A stretch of 59,895 bases of DNA, filler included, from Sphacelaria rigidula (GCA_964200075.2; 8 parts of 8 records of this genome joined end to end with filler, not necessarily neighbours in it); one strand, 5' to 3'; shown: positions 11,820-25,534, counted from the first letter of the whole stretch. Translations and numbers: made by a program. The notes: generated from the sequence alone by a model not told the origin.

Positions 11820-14234
11820 ATGCCGCCGAATCGCGCGTACGACGTTCTGGACGGCATGGGAGAGGCCATATTATCCCTCGCGAGGGCGCACTGTACCCCT
11901 CAGCAGTGGTCGGCTTGGCTGAAGGTTCCCCTGCAGGCAGGGGCGGCGGTGGGAGATTTAACCATGGTGGAGGCCCTCTTGAAAGCAGGGGCCGGATCTT
12001 CCGGCGAGCGTGAACGCGATGGACAGACTCCACTCCACGCTGCAGCAGAGGGCGGTAGGTAAGATCAGTCTCGAGTAGGTGTTTCCTGACAACAACAACA
12101 ACAACAACAACAACAACTAAAAGGGGTCAAGCGCAGTACGTACGAAAACATTTTATCTTGAAAGCGAGCAATGTTTAGCAGCACCGTTACGTAGCGTTGG
12201 CGGTCAGCATCTTGAGAAAGTTGCCAGGCTTGTAAGTTTCAAATCTGCAAGTGTTTTTTTTGCCGCGGCGGGGGATGGAGAAGGTGATGGTATTTGCTAC
12301 TGCAGGATATCGTATGTCTTCGCGCGAAGCATTATGAAAGGCCGGGGTCATTCCTGGTCGAAGCGGGAGTACGGATTTCTCGGGTTCCTCACATGCACCG
12401 AAAGCACCCGCCAACCTCGCAGAAAATACGTTCACAGCGTGGTCTGCGTGTACAGTGTTCTTGTGATGACCATGAGGTGTTCCACGACATCCGTGGTGGT
12501 GAGCGAAACGTAGTTTGGGCCCGTCCCTCGGTGCCTCCGAAATTTGGGGAACTGGAATTTTCGCTATGTTTCCGCCACAAGGAAGGCCAACTCTAATGGG
12601 AGCCGTTCAAAATTGTATTTGTTTCAAAATATTATCGCCCTTTTCTTTTCCTGCCGCCATTCTGAACGTGGACCAAAAAACACACTATTGTGCCATGAAG
12701 TTGGAGTTGCACATGTATATCTTGAAGTTGGCGTGACCTAGGAGTTGTGCACCTGTACAACAGCACCCAAAGAAGACATCACGGCTGCACAGCCATCATG
12801 TGACTTTTCCAACTTTGCGTCATCAGCACGTGGTTCTCACCCATCTGTACAGACCAGACCAGGGGCACTTCAACATCTCAGGCAATCTCCGGCTTAGGTC
12901 AAACCGTTCTCGTAGGGTTCAAACGTATTGCAGGCAGTACAGCGACAACTGCAGCATAGAAATGATGGACGTGGGCGCGAACTGCATTGCTGGTTTTATA
13001 AACGGCAGTACGCATCCGACACACCATGATGGTGACGCTTTCGGCAGTTTCCAGACTTGTGCACTGACCGGGACGCAACAACAGTACAGCAGTTCAGGCA
13101 ATCCTCAGCGCAGATCAGATCGTCCTTGCGGGGCACCACACTACCTACAGGACAGGAATTCTGCGTCTGCGTACGAAGGACCTTGTTCGTTGCAAAAGAC
13201 ACAACATCCAACATCTACTGTAAAGTATTTTTAGCTTCGACAAGACAGCACTGCTTGTCGACTGCAGTTGTTCGTAACACAATAGCAGTACCAGACAGTT
13301 TCGGCAAGGTCTAAACACACGACTGTGCAGTGACAGGTACAGCACACGAGAGAGCCGTCTGTGTGGCTTCAGTATAGTAAAACATGGCATGTCTTATTTT
13401 ACTTCTTGTGCCAAATGTGAAACAGATCCTCAAGCGTTTAGAATCGTCTCCCGATTCTGAGCGCTTTGCCGGAGTGTAGGGTCTGTTCAGACTTTGGGGG
13501 GTCACTTTTATTCAAAATTATCACGATTCTGTTCGATAGGAGTGGTTCTTGTGACGACGCGTTAAAAAAAATCGAAAAATTAATATTTTGAACGACTCCC
13601 ATTAGATTCGGTCTAAATCAAATGTATACATCCGCCTTTCCGATGCCTCCAGGGAGGAACGTTGGAGCTGGACGCGGGTTGTTGTCTTGTAGAGATGTGG
13701 CAGTCACTAAGAGAAGCGAATTGCCCCAATGGCTGCTTTATTTGCTTGTCAACAAGTTGATTCAATTGTGACGGAAACGAACTCTCACAGAGTTCGCGCA
13801 ATGTATATTGAAGCCAGACACGCGGGTAAAAGTGAGTCACAGGTGTTGCTCTCTTTTTTTTTTTGTCTCTTCTATTTCTGTTTCATCGCGGACTGGCGTT
13901 GCTCTCTCGCAGCCTAGCAATCGTGACGACCCTCCTGAAAGGCAGAGCTCGACGGGACGTCAACAAGCTCACCCGCGGCTCGAGGCAATCCCCGCTTTAC
14001 TTCGCCGTCAAGCGCGGACACGGCGACGTGGCTTTGGCTCTCATCAGAGCCGGGGCCGACGTGAACTACATGAACGCGGCGGGGTGGACCCCGCTCATGA
14101 GAGCTACGGCCGACGGTCGCGCGGATCTCGTCAACAACTTGCTGTTGAGCGGGGCGATGGTGAATGCGAGAAGCAAAGAGGGCAGCCGGCCTCTGCACTA
14201 CGCTGTCGAGAATGGTCACCTGGAAGTCACCAAG
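11820..14234 (+). CDS. Ankyrin-repeat protein, 5' part; exons 11820-12058 and 13913-14234 (3' exons missing)
   Basis: Ankyrin motifs GQTPLHAAAEGG, SPLYFAVKRGH, GWTPLMRA and RPLHYAVENGHLEV. Donor AG|GTAAGA (phase 2) joins acceptor CGCAG|C in frame. The next donor is AAG|GTAAGG at 14235. Confidence 0.88.
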
Positions 14235-14514
14235 GTAAGGAAAATTCCATTCAATTTTATGCTGTGAGTGTTCACTGTCTAGGTTTTGTTCCAGCCTTCG
14301 GCAGCATGTGTTGAAAAACTAGAGATGCTGCTTCCTCCCCTCCCCCTGCTTTTCCGCTGCTGGTTTTTGTAGCTTTCCATACACCACAACGACCTTATCC
14401 TGAACCTGTAATAGGTATACAGTATGAGTTAACGTTTATCCTCACGGCAGTACTTTCTGGGTTCGAGACTACCCTTGATACCGAATAAAGAGCTTTGTTT
14501 TTCTCATCTTTTCC

Positions 14515-14769
14515 CGCGTCGGACAGATCATGATCCGTCTGAAAATTACTTGTTCTCGGTATTTCGATCTGGATCATGATCCGGATCATCTGCCCCCTCT
14601 TTTCCATGTTGCTCCTGACAGCGCCGGACGCCGAGCACACCGTGTTGCGCAAAAGGTTACGCCTTGGCTTTTCTGACTCAACGATCATATATTTTGTGTT
14701 TTTGGACAAACGGATACGAGAATCTTCTTTGATTAGTTGTTTCCGACGGATCATGATCTGTCCGCCGTG
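14515..14769. mobile_element. Small MITE in the ankyrin gene intron
   Basis: Inverted ends CGGACAGATCATGATCCGTC / GACGGATCATGATCTGTCCG. The TIR resembles the CAAGGGTCGGAC family. Confidence 0.7.
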
Positions 14770-14835
14770 TGCATCTTCTTGTTCCCCCCCCCTCTTTTTC
14801 TGGCGGACTGAGTGCTGGGTTGTGCAAAAACGTTT

Positions 14836-14900
14836 CAAGGGTCGGATAAAACATGATTCGTCTGAAAATTACTTGGTTTTAGTATGATGAGTCGACTCGT
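14836..14900 (+). mobile_element. Left TIR of the CAAGGGTCGGA long-TIR family, truncated by the contig end
   Basis: Near identical to 25535-25600. Confidence 0.8.
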
Positions 14901-15000
14901 NNNNNNNNNNNNNNNNNNNNNNNNNNNNNNNNNNNNNNNNNNNNTTAATTAATTAANNNNNNNNNNNNNNNNNNNNNNNNNNNNNNNNNNNNNNNNNNNN
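14901..15000. other. Artificial contig linker
   Basis: Same 100-bp N/TTAATTAATTAA spacer. Confidence 0.97.
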
Positions 15001-15086
15001 CCCCGCCCCCTCGCGCCCCGTTTGCATGCCGCTGTCTGCCTGATCATGGTTTGAACACAATCAACCATGAACCCTTGCCACCGCAG

Positions 15087-18000
15087 TTTCCGCTCTACCT
15101 GTCGCCTCTCACGTTAACACGTGCCTGAATAACCGTGTGGGGTGGCAAGACCTGATGAAGCAACTCGAGATGATCCGAGCGTGGAATCCCCGTCGAACTG
15201 TTAGCCGCATCACTCTGGGGTTCAAAGTAAAAATCGGTAGCCTCGAAACCCTCGCCTTCACTTCGGGCAACCTCATCACACACCTGGACCTCACGTACTC
15301 GAAGGGCTCCAAGAACCTGGACTTTAAGGTTTTAGCCAAGCAACTGCCCAACCTCAAGGGGCTCGCGGTGAGTACGGGCATGCAGTTGGTTCCGGTGTTC
15401 GGGCGGCTTGTGTAGCGAAAATTTCATCGCCATTTAGTGCTTCGCGGCCAGCTACAGCCAGTCGGGTATGAGCGAATCCGTGCGGTCATCCCTAGCCATG
15501 CGGATCATGGAGGATAAAAGGATATCCAGTGTGTCCAATGACCTGAGCTGACTAGGTATCCCAGGTCTCAAACCAGAGACTCCATTTCCCAACCGCGGGA
15601 AAAACAACATTGTAAAGGTTTCGACGGGGTAGGTTGGAAGTACAGTATACGTTGTAAATGATGTGCCATCTATGGATACAGGATACAGACCTAACCGGCT
15701 TTGTGTCGCAGAGACAGATGAGCTAGATCTCGACCTATATATGAACACAGGTTAGTCTGGAAGACTCAGTTGACTGTGTCAATGAAAGAAACTCTCGTAG
15801 AGGATGCAGAGTGGTGGTTAGGATCTTTAGCGCCTTGCAGGAAAAGAAAGAACGTCGATAGTATCCACAGGCGCTTGTTTGAGCAACACAGAATAAAACA
15901 CTCATGCTCTTCTTAATACAGGGAGCTGATAAAACATAGGATCCTGGAAAATGGGGTTGAATTCTCAGATGGGGGTGAACCCGCCTTCCGAAAATCACGT
16001 TTTCCCCGCAACAGTGTTGCAAAACGAAAGCTTTTGCGGGTCTTTGGTTTCTGTTGCAATCACGCAAGCGTGGCTAGGTGCACCCAATGAGTGCGGTGTA
16101 CTCGCGTGTCTATGACGATACCACCGGAGGAATAATGGCACGGAGGAAGCTCTTCGCCCGCGTCCTTTGGGCGTCCTCGTTCGGCGATTCACAATCGCTG
16201 GAGAGATAGGCATCGCGTTCCGAACACATACCCAATTTTCCGGCCCTTTCGTGGGCACAAGAACGGCAGGTGGTTGCTGTACAGCTCCCCTAAAAAAACA
16301 GGGGTGCCCAGGGTTGCCCCATCTTGACCGATACAACCGTCGCTTCCTGTCTGTGGCGCTGATCAATTCAAATGTTGATTCCTGTCTGACTTTCTTCTCG
16401 GACAGGACGCGTCCCTGTGCGCTACAGAACACATCGTAGAAAAACAGGGCGATGTTTCTTGGGGGGAAAGCCGCTACCCCTTCATGAGATATGCAGAGAT
16501 AAGTGCTCAACTGTTTTGAAGACAGGAGTTTGCTCAACTTATGTCAAGTGACAAGAGAACTAGGCTCCACTGTGTTGGTAGCAGTGTAACCTCCGCAAAG
16601 GGTGCACATTAACTGTCAAATTACTATCGATGTGCGAAAAAATAACGAAAGTTCGATGCTTTTTATAGGCGCTTCACTCAGCCAACACAGAAAAGAAACC
16701 CTTGGTCGCTTTTTAGCACAGAAAGCTGATAACAAGTCGATGAAGCTTTTGGGGTGGGAAGCCGTGGAGAGTAATAGCGAAGGGCTATCTCGACCTGCAA
16801 ATTTTATCCGTAGACCATTCGTACCCTAAAACTGTACGTTCAAACTCTCGATACTACTGTACAGGTAGGCTCTTCATTTGACTGTACGTACCTAGATTTT
16901 CGATATTCTGACATTATCCTGACTTTCTGCACATGACCCTTGCAGCGCTTGAGCTATTGCTCTTGGCCTCTTGTTCATTCTACGACGAATGTTTCACCTC
17001 TTTCGTTACTATGACCTTTATTTCTTCGTTACGTCTCAGCTCAACCGGAATTAGTGGTTCCGCCAGACATAAATATACGTAAATATTTCAAAACATATTT
17101 CCCATTCCCAATGATGTTCCCGTCACCATTCCTGTTCTCTCACACATGCGCGAGCAAGGACAGTTGCACCAAGATTCAATCACAGGTCGAGGGGTTGTTA
17201 TCATCGTCGTCGCTGATTTTGCCCGACCTTTGGCACAAGGGCATGAGTAGTACACATCCCAGTTCGAGGGGGGTATGAGGAATCAAACGCTCATGGAGAC
17301 CTTCTTGGTATGCGGAGTGAAACAAAATACCTTTGCCGGTGACTTCGTTGATGCTGGTGTGACCCACATGGGAGCTGACTGTAATGTGTGAGCTCATGTT
17401 ATGTGATGTACAGTTGGTCGCGTGCTCAGAGGGGTGTGTGTGCTTCTTTCGAAACTTTGACTCTGAGGAGGTGATCGCAAGCGGAGGCGACATGTGGTTT
17501 CGCCAGGAACAATGGTGCTCTATTTTCAACAAGTGGCCGTTTCATTTGTGACCCACGCCGTCAAGATCTTTACAGAAATGTCTTGCCGGACATACTTTGT
17601 TGACTCAGCTTTCAAGCAGCGTAGTCTGCAATAGCTGAAAGAAGCCCTGACTTTTCGTTGTCGCACTGGTTGCCGGCAACAGCTCGATGCTTACAATTGC
17701 ACAAGTACGAAAGCTCTCATATTCCAGTTTCATTCTTTACCAGATTCCAAGCGGCTCTCACATGCTCAGAACACGCCATTTCCCGGGCTTCCGCCAGATA
17801 TAAAACAAGTGACACCACGGTAGTTTACGCGAGCCCTACGGAACATTACTGAGAACAAGGAGTTTCCTTCGGATAAAATTCCGCTTTTTTCAACCCACAA
17901 AACGTTTCCAGGAAAAGCTTGACATTCCGAACATGAACGGATACATTTCACCGAGCTTCTATACCAAACGCTCTGTACCAATTTCAGAGCTATCTGGCAA

Positions 18001-21000
18001 AACTTTGGCATCGTTCTTCTTACATCTGACCAAACCGAAATCGAGCGCTTTCTCGCAGCGTTCAGGCCAACGCTTAGTGCGGCGCAAATTCTGTCGAGGG
18101 ACCGCAAACGGATTGTTCCCGTGGTTCAGACGGTATCAGAAGCATAAATTGATGATCTTCGGTGTTTCCCGCGCTGGCAGCGCCTCGTAAAGATGAGTGG
18201 GAGGTAGACAGGCTTGAACCAATCCATAGGTAAGCAATCGTGGAACGTCTGATACAAGTACAGGGAAAATGGTGCAATGAGGTTGTCGAGCTTGTGCGTA
18301 AGAATCAGGAGAGGATATAAAGTGTTGAAACTACAGGGGTATTACCCGACTTCGCGGTAGGAGACGCCGTGTTTTAGCACTGGTCAGACAGCCCCGCACA
18401 CCGAAACTCATGGATACGTAGACTTGGCCATGGAGGGTTGTGTAAAAAATTGGAGGGCATGTGTTCAGTGTTGAAGACATCGTCACGGGAGGTACACATC
18501 GCGAGAATGCGCTCATACATAGATGCATAATTGCATGTGACCGTCAGCCGAAGGGAGTATCCAACACCCTTGAAAGTCAGGGGAAGTCTGACATAGAAAC
18601 CTTGAGGTAGTGGGCTTCGCGGCTGGTATTGAGGAGTACGTCGCCAAAGTTAAGTAGGTTGGATTAGATGATAAGAAGTCAACCTGGGAGCTGCTTACAA
18701 GATGCGCCGAAGTAGCTGGTTTGTCAATCGCGGACACTGAACTTGTCGAGGGAGGTTTATCTGGGATACCGTAGAGTTTGACGGCAATATCCATTGGGGA
18801 CGTCCATCTGGGACATCCACCTGAGACGTCCATTTCGGGCGTCAATTTTGGATGTCCCTCCGGGATATTGCAGGATCCGTTTGGGATACCCATCTGAGAC
18901 GTCCACCTGAGAGGTTCTTCTGATATATCCGTCTAGGGCGTGAACATCCGACTGGGATATATTCATCTGGACATGGTCTGTTGCCCCGGTGGCTCACTCG
19001 GTAACCTTGGAACCCTCTGACGGTTGGGTCGTGCGTAAGAATCTTGGTGCAGTCACACGATCTGGAATTTTTCTCACATCATGCCCAACAGTGGAGAGCG
19101 ACTATGTCGTGGGTACACAAATTCCAGGTGAATGTTGAGCGATTGTGCAAGCCGTGAATTCGTTGCTCGGTCGGTAATTATGCCTGGGTCCAGCTTTCCG
19201 CTCATCGTAAACCAACTCATCCCAAAACCCCGACCGAAACTCTCACGGAACCTAAGCCTAGCCCATGAAGGGCGTGTGCTCTGGCGGCAATGCATCTGGG
19301 TGCGTGGGCGCTAATAATGCGCGGTGTCGAGTGCGCTACTACTAAGGCGTGCACTGCATGGGGAGGGTTCCGCGGTGGAGTGCTGTGAAGTGTGATGATA
19401 GAACATATATTTGTCCCGGATGGATGAGAGACACCAGATAGATGTAAGGTTCCAGCTGGACATCCGAGATGGATGTTCATGTCCCAGAGTCATGAACAAA
19501 AGGCAGGTAGAAAGTGGGATGGTTGATAGTCAGGTGTTTCGACAAAATGAAAGAAATGGAACACGTGCTCGGCACGCCCGCTAACATTATACCAGTTTCA
19601 TTGGCTGGGCAAATACAGATGAAAGGCGAACTGGAGATTCGCGGAGGATCTCTCGGATGGATGTCGACGTTTCAGGTGGATATCCCAGATGGGCGTTCAT
19701 TTCCCAGAATGACACCCTACGTTGAGCTTGCACAATAATGCAAGTATCTACTCGTGTTGCGCTCTTGTGATATCGCCACACGCCAGGCTAACCTCTCCAT
19801 CGTTACCGCTCACCCTTCAAACTCTTCTCGTGTCAGGTGTCGGAAACCTTTTACGACAACGAGTTCGTGAATGATTGGCTGCACGACCTCGCAAACCTCG
19901 CTCGCGAGGTATCACTGGAGTCCCTTCGCCTCAAAGTCCGCCAATACTCATGTGCATTTAACCCCAAGCTCGACGGCAAGGACCGGTGGCGGAGCACAGA
20001 TGTCTCTGGAGTTACGGACAGCTTCCTCCAAGACCTCTCCAACCAGAACCCAGCCCAAAACTGCGATGATGTTGTTATTGCCGATGAACCCCTCAACAGC
20101 ATGTTATTTCTCCTTCTCGGCACCGGCGGCACCCGCGCCGGCGCTCGTGGTGCCCGTGGGGGCTCCAGCGGCGGAGGCGGCGACAACAGCGATCCTTCAC
20201 GTGGCGATGCAAGGGAAGCGGGTGAAGCAAGGAGCAAATGGTGGGAAGGTGTGCGCGCGTTCCCCCGCCTCCCAACGTCCAGCATCCGGAAGCTTTGGCT
20301 GTCAGCCCCTCCAGATGGTCCAATCATCACGGCGGGTATGGCCGCGCTGGGGCTGGGTATGCCGAAGCTGGAAGAGCTAGTGATCGACCGGCTAAAAGTC
20401 ACAGATGAGGGCTGGAAGAGGTTTGCCTCGGCGCGAACCGATCTCGCTGCTTCTGCCGCCGATGGGGCCGGTTCTTCCTCGTCTAGCTTCGCGACTCGTG
20501 ATGAGGCTTGCGGCTTCGGCGAAAAAGCAACCGAAATGCCCATACTGCGCAGCATCGTGATTCGGGTGAACGGCTCCCGTTTCCTGCCGTCGACAGCAAC
20601 GCGCGGCCTGCTCGAAGCCACGGTGAGCGAGAGCGTGACCGTATGCATAGACAGCCGTTCCCAGGTATATGTTACGGCAGTGACGACAAACGAGGCGGGC
20701 CCGTCTAAGGATTCGAGCATGCCAGGGGGGACAGGACAAGAATCGGCGGGGAAAGGGATGGCTTGCTGCGGGTTCTGCGCGCATGCCGGTGAAGCGAGTG
20801 CTGTGCTTGATTGCGAGGGTAAACTGGTTAAGCTCGAAGGCGGGTGTGGCAGACTTCCTTGGACGGGTGCGAGTAGGAATGTTGAGGGGAAAATGAGAAC
20901 CTGTGACGGGCAGCAGGGTGCGGTCGGTGGTGCACCGAAGAAGACTCGCGTCATATTCCGTGGTTGGCTGCGCTCCGATCTCACCGCCATGGATCTCTGA
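15087..21000 (+). CDS. LRR/RNI-like protein, 3' part; exons 15087-15367 and 19837-21000
   Basis: The first exon has LRR-like segments ITHLDLTYS and LAKQLPNLKGLA, then donor GCG|GTGAGT (phase 0). Acceptor TCAG at 19836 opens a 387-codon terminal exon with IRKLWLS and MPKLEELVIDRLKVTDEGW. The family assignment is an inference. Confidence 0.7.
15942..18080 (+). repeat. Unclassified dispersed repeat family R1, interrupted copy
   Basis: Segments 15942-16480 and 17180-18080 are homologous to 37500-38055(-), 46301-47045(+), 47690-48600(-) and 48790-50137(-). No ORF. Confidence 0.7.
18100..18750 (+). pseudogene. Degenerate Ty3/Gypsy integrase C-terminus plus chromodomain
   Basis: Frameshifted, stop-interrupted translation GVLPDFAVGDAV..PKLMDT*TWPWRVV..HVFSVEDIVTG..VHIARMRSYID and EYVAKVK*VGLDDKKSTWE..DAP, i.e. 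a GPY/F-type integrase tail and a chromodomain. Confidence 0.7.
18980..19125 (+). mobile_element. tRNA-derived SINE, 5' fragment
   Basis: GCCCCGGTGGCTCACTCGGTAAC... head followed by the TTTTTCTCACA..GAGCGACTATGTCGTGGGTACAC body. Confidence 0.75.
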
Positions 21001-22038
21001 CAGTGTTGTGCTATCAATCGCTGTTGACGTTAAGGCTTGGTTGTTGAATATGACATTGATGCTGATGCGCATTTCGAACATTGTAGTAGAGCGCACTTGT
21101 GAAGGCACAGCAGCAGTGGTGTGTGTCGAGCGCTGTTAACGCAGGCGTATCCGTAGGTCACCATCAAAGTACGTAGGCTTCCCAAGTTGATGCTCGGTTT
21201 TGTTTTCCGTGGCGCGGACAGTGTAGTCGGTATACAGCGAATGTCGCCCTCCGTATGTGCATAGAGATGATGTCCATGTTTGATATCCTTTGCTCGGTGA
21301 CAGCATGGTAACCTAAGGGTATGAGAGTTTTCGTGCGGAGCGGGAACTACTTGGGTTATAAGGACCTTCATCACCTACTTCGCTTCAGGATGAAAGCAGT
21401 AACTATTGGATTTCAGTGCATTGGAAATATCTGAGCAATGCGACGGTAGGGTTGAACGTCTTGTTTATGGGTCTCTTTTTTGTAGGAGTCCAAATATATG
21501 GGGCTTACTGTGCAACCCAAATCTCCGGGGACCGGACTCCCAGAAACATGGAGTTTGCACGCAGGGGCCTTTTCGTGAATCGGGCAGAATTTTCAATATT
21601 TTTCAAGTCAAAATGATGCCGATTCTCCACATGATTCGCCCAACACCCCGAGTAGCCCCGAGGAACGTTTTCGCTCAAAAAGGTACAACCCTTACCGTAG
21701 CACTGCTCATCTGCTTAATTTCACTACTGTGCGAGAAACGACTTGGTTTCAATCTGACATCATATCGTGGTGAAATTCAGGATGGGGCCAGTATCTATTT
21801 AGAACAAGAGCGATCAAAGTGTCTGTTCAGTGTGATATTTTTGATGTCAACTTTGACGTCCCGGGCTGCGTTGTTTCAGGTATTCTCTTTGGTGTCACGG
21901 TTTGCTTGAGCTCACTGTCGTGTGGTTTTCACGACCACTATTTCTTCATCTGGGGTAACTATCTACTTCATTCATCCGTAGTACTTTTCCCCAACCTCTT
22001 TGCCATCCATAACTTGAAATTTCCTCCCCGGAGGAAGC

Positions 22039-22400
22039 GTGGTCTGGCGAGAACCCGGCGTGCTCCGTCCCGGCTTTGTAGGGTGGACCCCCGACGGGGT
22101 TGGCGTCGGTTGGCGATGACGCTGTAAAACACGACACCCACTGCGGCAGCTAGGCAACCAGGTTACCGATCCTTTTGCGCGCTTGCCTTTTTTTTGCGGT
22201 AACCATGATGGTAGTCGAGCCCCATCATGTTGTGCGGCGTGGGAGAACCTCAACCCCGCACAATGGGGATGATCGTACTACGTGGTGCTTGAGTGGTGAG
22301 ACACCCATGTGGCAGTGTATAAGCCGTGGCTGTCTCTGAAAGTGACGATACCGGAAAACAAAGCAACTCATTGTAGGCTGTCATCCAAATGCAAGATAAT
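22039..22400 (+). mobile_element. LINE 3' UTR fragment
   Basis: Homologous to the reverse complement of 42480-42800 and 41110-41375. Confidence 0.75.
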
Positions 22401-22500
22401 NNNNNNNNNNNNNNNNNNNNNNNNNNNNNNNNNNNNNNNNNNNNTTAATTAATTAANNNNNNNNNNNNNNNNNNNNNNNNNNNNNNNNNNNNNNNNNNNN
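22401..22500. other. Artificial contig linker
   Basis: Same spacer. Confidence 0.97.
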
Positions 22501-23276
22501 GTTGATTAAACCCCATGTCTAGTAATTCCTATACCTAAGGGAAATAGCGCCCATAATAAAATCTCTATGAAACCGCCGATCCATGCATTTAGCGGATGGC
22601 GACGAATTTTGGTGTGGACATTCTCTGGAGCAAGGGGAGACGACAGATACCCTCACATTCACCTAATTTATTATCTATTCCGAGATATGGCGCACATAAT
22701 TTTCCATACTAAAATCAATATATTACAAGCAGAGGCATTAGATGCCCTAAATCTGGATATCGCGTCTCAGTTTTTGAGAGTTGTTCCATAAAATTTCGTG
22801 TGGTGAACCGCTAGTGTATAATAGATAATAGAAAAAAATAGAAACAGTTTGTTACCTTTTTCATATTTTTCACATATTTTTTTCAATTTTTTTTCCAATT
22901 TTTTTTCGTGTTATTAGTGGAGTTTCGAGGAGAAATGTACATCACTGTTAGGTCTTATCTCAATGTTTTAGCTCAAATTTTAGAATTTTGATTTAAAAGT
23001 TAGAACGGAGGACCACAAAACAGTGCCGGATGAAAAAAAATGGGCCTTCAATTTTTTTTTCCATGGAGGTTAGAGCGTTCTCGTGAAGAAATGGTTTTTA
23101 CCATACAAAAACGCCCTCAACCAGTGGAAAAATGAATTAAAAAAAAATCTGGACGACTGAGTTTTGATAATTATGCGCTGACGAGGGCCCACACAACATT
23201 TCAATACACAACAACCAAACGTGGGCCCGAGAGTGGCCTGCAAAATATTATTCCGAATTTATACCGATCCGATTCT

Positions 23277-23563
23277 TGAAGGGCGAACGCGCCGGGCAAT
23301 ATTTAGAGTTGGACCCTGAAATTTGGTATGGGCAATGCATAGAGCATAATAAAAAATCGGGGAGAAGCACCACAAGTTTTTTTTTTTCGTGAGTTAAGGG
23401 CAATAATCAGTTTTCAGGTTTCGGCAAAACGGCCTTAACTCACGAACAAAACAAGAACAAAACCTTCCGGTGCTTCTTCCCGATTTTTTATTATGCCCTA
23501 TGCATTATCCATACCAAATTTCATGGTCTAACTCCAAAAATTGCCCGACGCATCCGCCTGCAA
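23277..23563. repeat. Imperfect foldback with ~125-bp arms
   Basis: GGGCAATATTTAGAGTTGGACCCTGAAATTTGGTATGG...CGTGAGTTAAGG versus CCTTAACTCACG...CCATACCAAATTTCATGGTCTAACTCCAAAAATTGCCC. Confidence 0.75.
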
Positions 23564-24890
23564 ACTAACTCCAAATAATGCCCAGCTCGTACGCCACCTT
23601 CCTTCTGCGGTGCTTGCCTTTATTTTTCATCGCGTACTGTGCAATTGAAATATCCGGGGACTGGACATTGAAATGTACGCAGGGGACTTTTCGTGAATCG
23701 GCGTCATTTTCAGTCTTTCTCAAGATAAAATTATGCCGATTCTCAAAGTGACCCGTCCAACACCCCAAGAAACATTTTCGCCAAAAAAGTGAATTTCTAC
23801 CATAGCATGGCTCCGATGTACACCTTTCCGTATATATATCTGTGGGCGCACCAGTCACACAGGAGCTTGTTCTTTTTTATTTGTTTTCAGTACGCCACCT
23901 TGACCTTGCTTACCATGGCAAACAAAGAAGACTGAAAGCAAGACACAGGAGAAGGTCGTGGGAGTTGACCGGAACAGAAAGCAGGTACTACCGTCTATTA
24001 CGCGCGAACTTTCAAACATTGACAGGCTGGGTCGTTCACACAAATGTGATGTCTCTTGTGTATTTTTGTATGCATGTTCCCGTTTTTCGTAATCAATTTT
24101 CCGTCTTTCAGAATTAAAAGTGTCGGATCCACGATCAGGGTTCCGCGTATTGCCCATCACGCGCAAACTTTCAGGCACTCAGAGGCTGGGTCGAAGGTCG
24201 AATCTCGCCCTCGTCTATGGTGACCGGTGATGGAAAAAAACATTGCACTATCTCATCAAGCTTTCGAAAATGAAGAATGTCGCAGGGTGAAGTAGAGCTG
24301 AATGGTTTTGTGAAGTGTACTGTTTTAAGAGTAGGTCTAATTGACCCGCTTGCACGGGAGCGTTCACACGTAATCTTAGTTAGACATATTCGGGTTGTTT
24401 GCGAGTCAGTACCACGCGCAAACGCGAAAAACAACTTAGGCGACATAACTGGGGTGGGTGGGAAGCACACGCAAGAAAGAGCAGTCCAATCCCGCGCTTC
24501 GTTGCCGAGATCTAAGCGTTGCGCGATCGGCACTTTTGGGCTGAGGATCAGTAGCGTCTTTCGAGGTCGAAGATGGCAAATTAAAAAAAAAGATGCGCGT
24601 ATATACTTTTTTGCCGCAAGCAAGCTGTGACGACATGCAGTTTGGTTGCGTGACACCAGGCGCTACTTTGTTCTGTGCGGCTGTGCACAAAGGGCAATTT
24701 CGCCTTTCAATCGCGAGCATCCTTCAAGTGCCGAACTACAGAGGGAGAGATCACAGACGAAAGACAAAGCTGGCGGCTGCTTCGTGTCAGGGCTCCAGTG
24801 CAGAAGCCAAGGCGTCTAGCGCGATTTTAGTGTGTGCACTGCCTTACATCTGCTGGCGACTGCAGTCATGTATTTAGTACCTGTCTTATA

Positions 24891-25496
24891 CTTCCTCTGT
24901 CCCACAAATCTGTGCCGTTTTGTTTGTATGAGCCCTTGACGATGTCCGATTTGATTTTCGATTTTTCGGTTGCATTCGTTGGCGTTTTTTTAGCTAAGAG
25001 CAATACTCGTTCTGCAACGTGGGTGCTTGGCCCGTGCAGCCCCGCGGTCGAGAAAGAGTGGGTCGGTCAAAATACGACCATTTTTGGTTTTTTCCCCAGT
25101 AGAGCATAACCGATCCGGGAACCGCGATAAATCGGGGAAAAAATGTGAAGACCGCAGAACCACCACTGATTCGGATATCTCCGTGACGTTAATCTACGCA
25201 CGCCCCATCTCACAAATTTTCAGCATGTAATCGCTTGTCCTCGACGTAAAAACGTTCAAAATCGGTTGACATTGAGGTGTGAGTAAATAGACCAAAAAGG
25301 GCCAGAATGGGGTCGGGTACATTTTGAACTAATTTTAGTATTGAAAACAAGTTTTTTTTTTTCTCTCTTCTTGTTTTGAGTCAGCTTCGTCTGCGCGTTA
25401 TCCCTCTAACGAACCCAACTGTAGGATGATCGTCAGCGTTGAAATACCCAAACGATCAAACGAACATAACGGCACAGACTCAAGGGACAGAGGAAG
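24891..25496. mobile_element. Stowaway/Tc1-mariner-like MITE, second copy
   Basis: TA|CTTCCTCTGTCCC...GGGACAGAGGAAG|TA; the interior matches the reverse complement of 10881-11476. Confidence 0.85.
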
Positions 25497-25534
25497 TATA
25501 ATATAGATAACATGAGAATAAGATGCAAACTATG

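Noticed and set aside
14234-15087. Joining the ankyrin exons to the LRR-like exons as one gene
   Set aside because: They are separated by an artificial linker and the splice phases (0 versus 1) are incompatible.
19851-21017. 388-aa antisense ORF
   Set aside because: It is the shadow of the GC-rich plus-strand exon, which has splice-site and LRR-like support.
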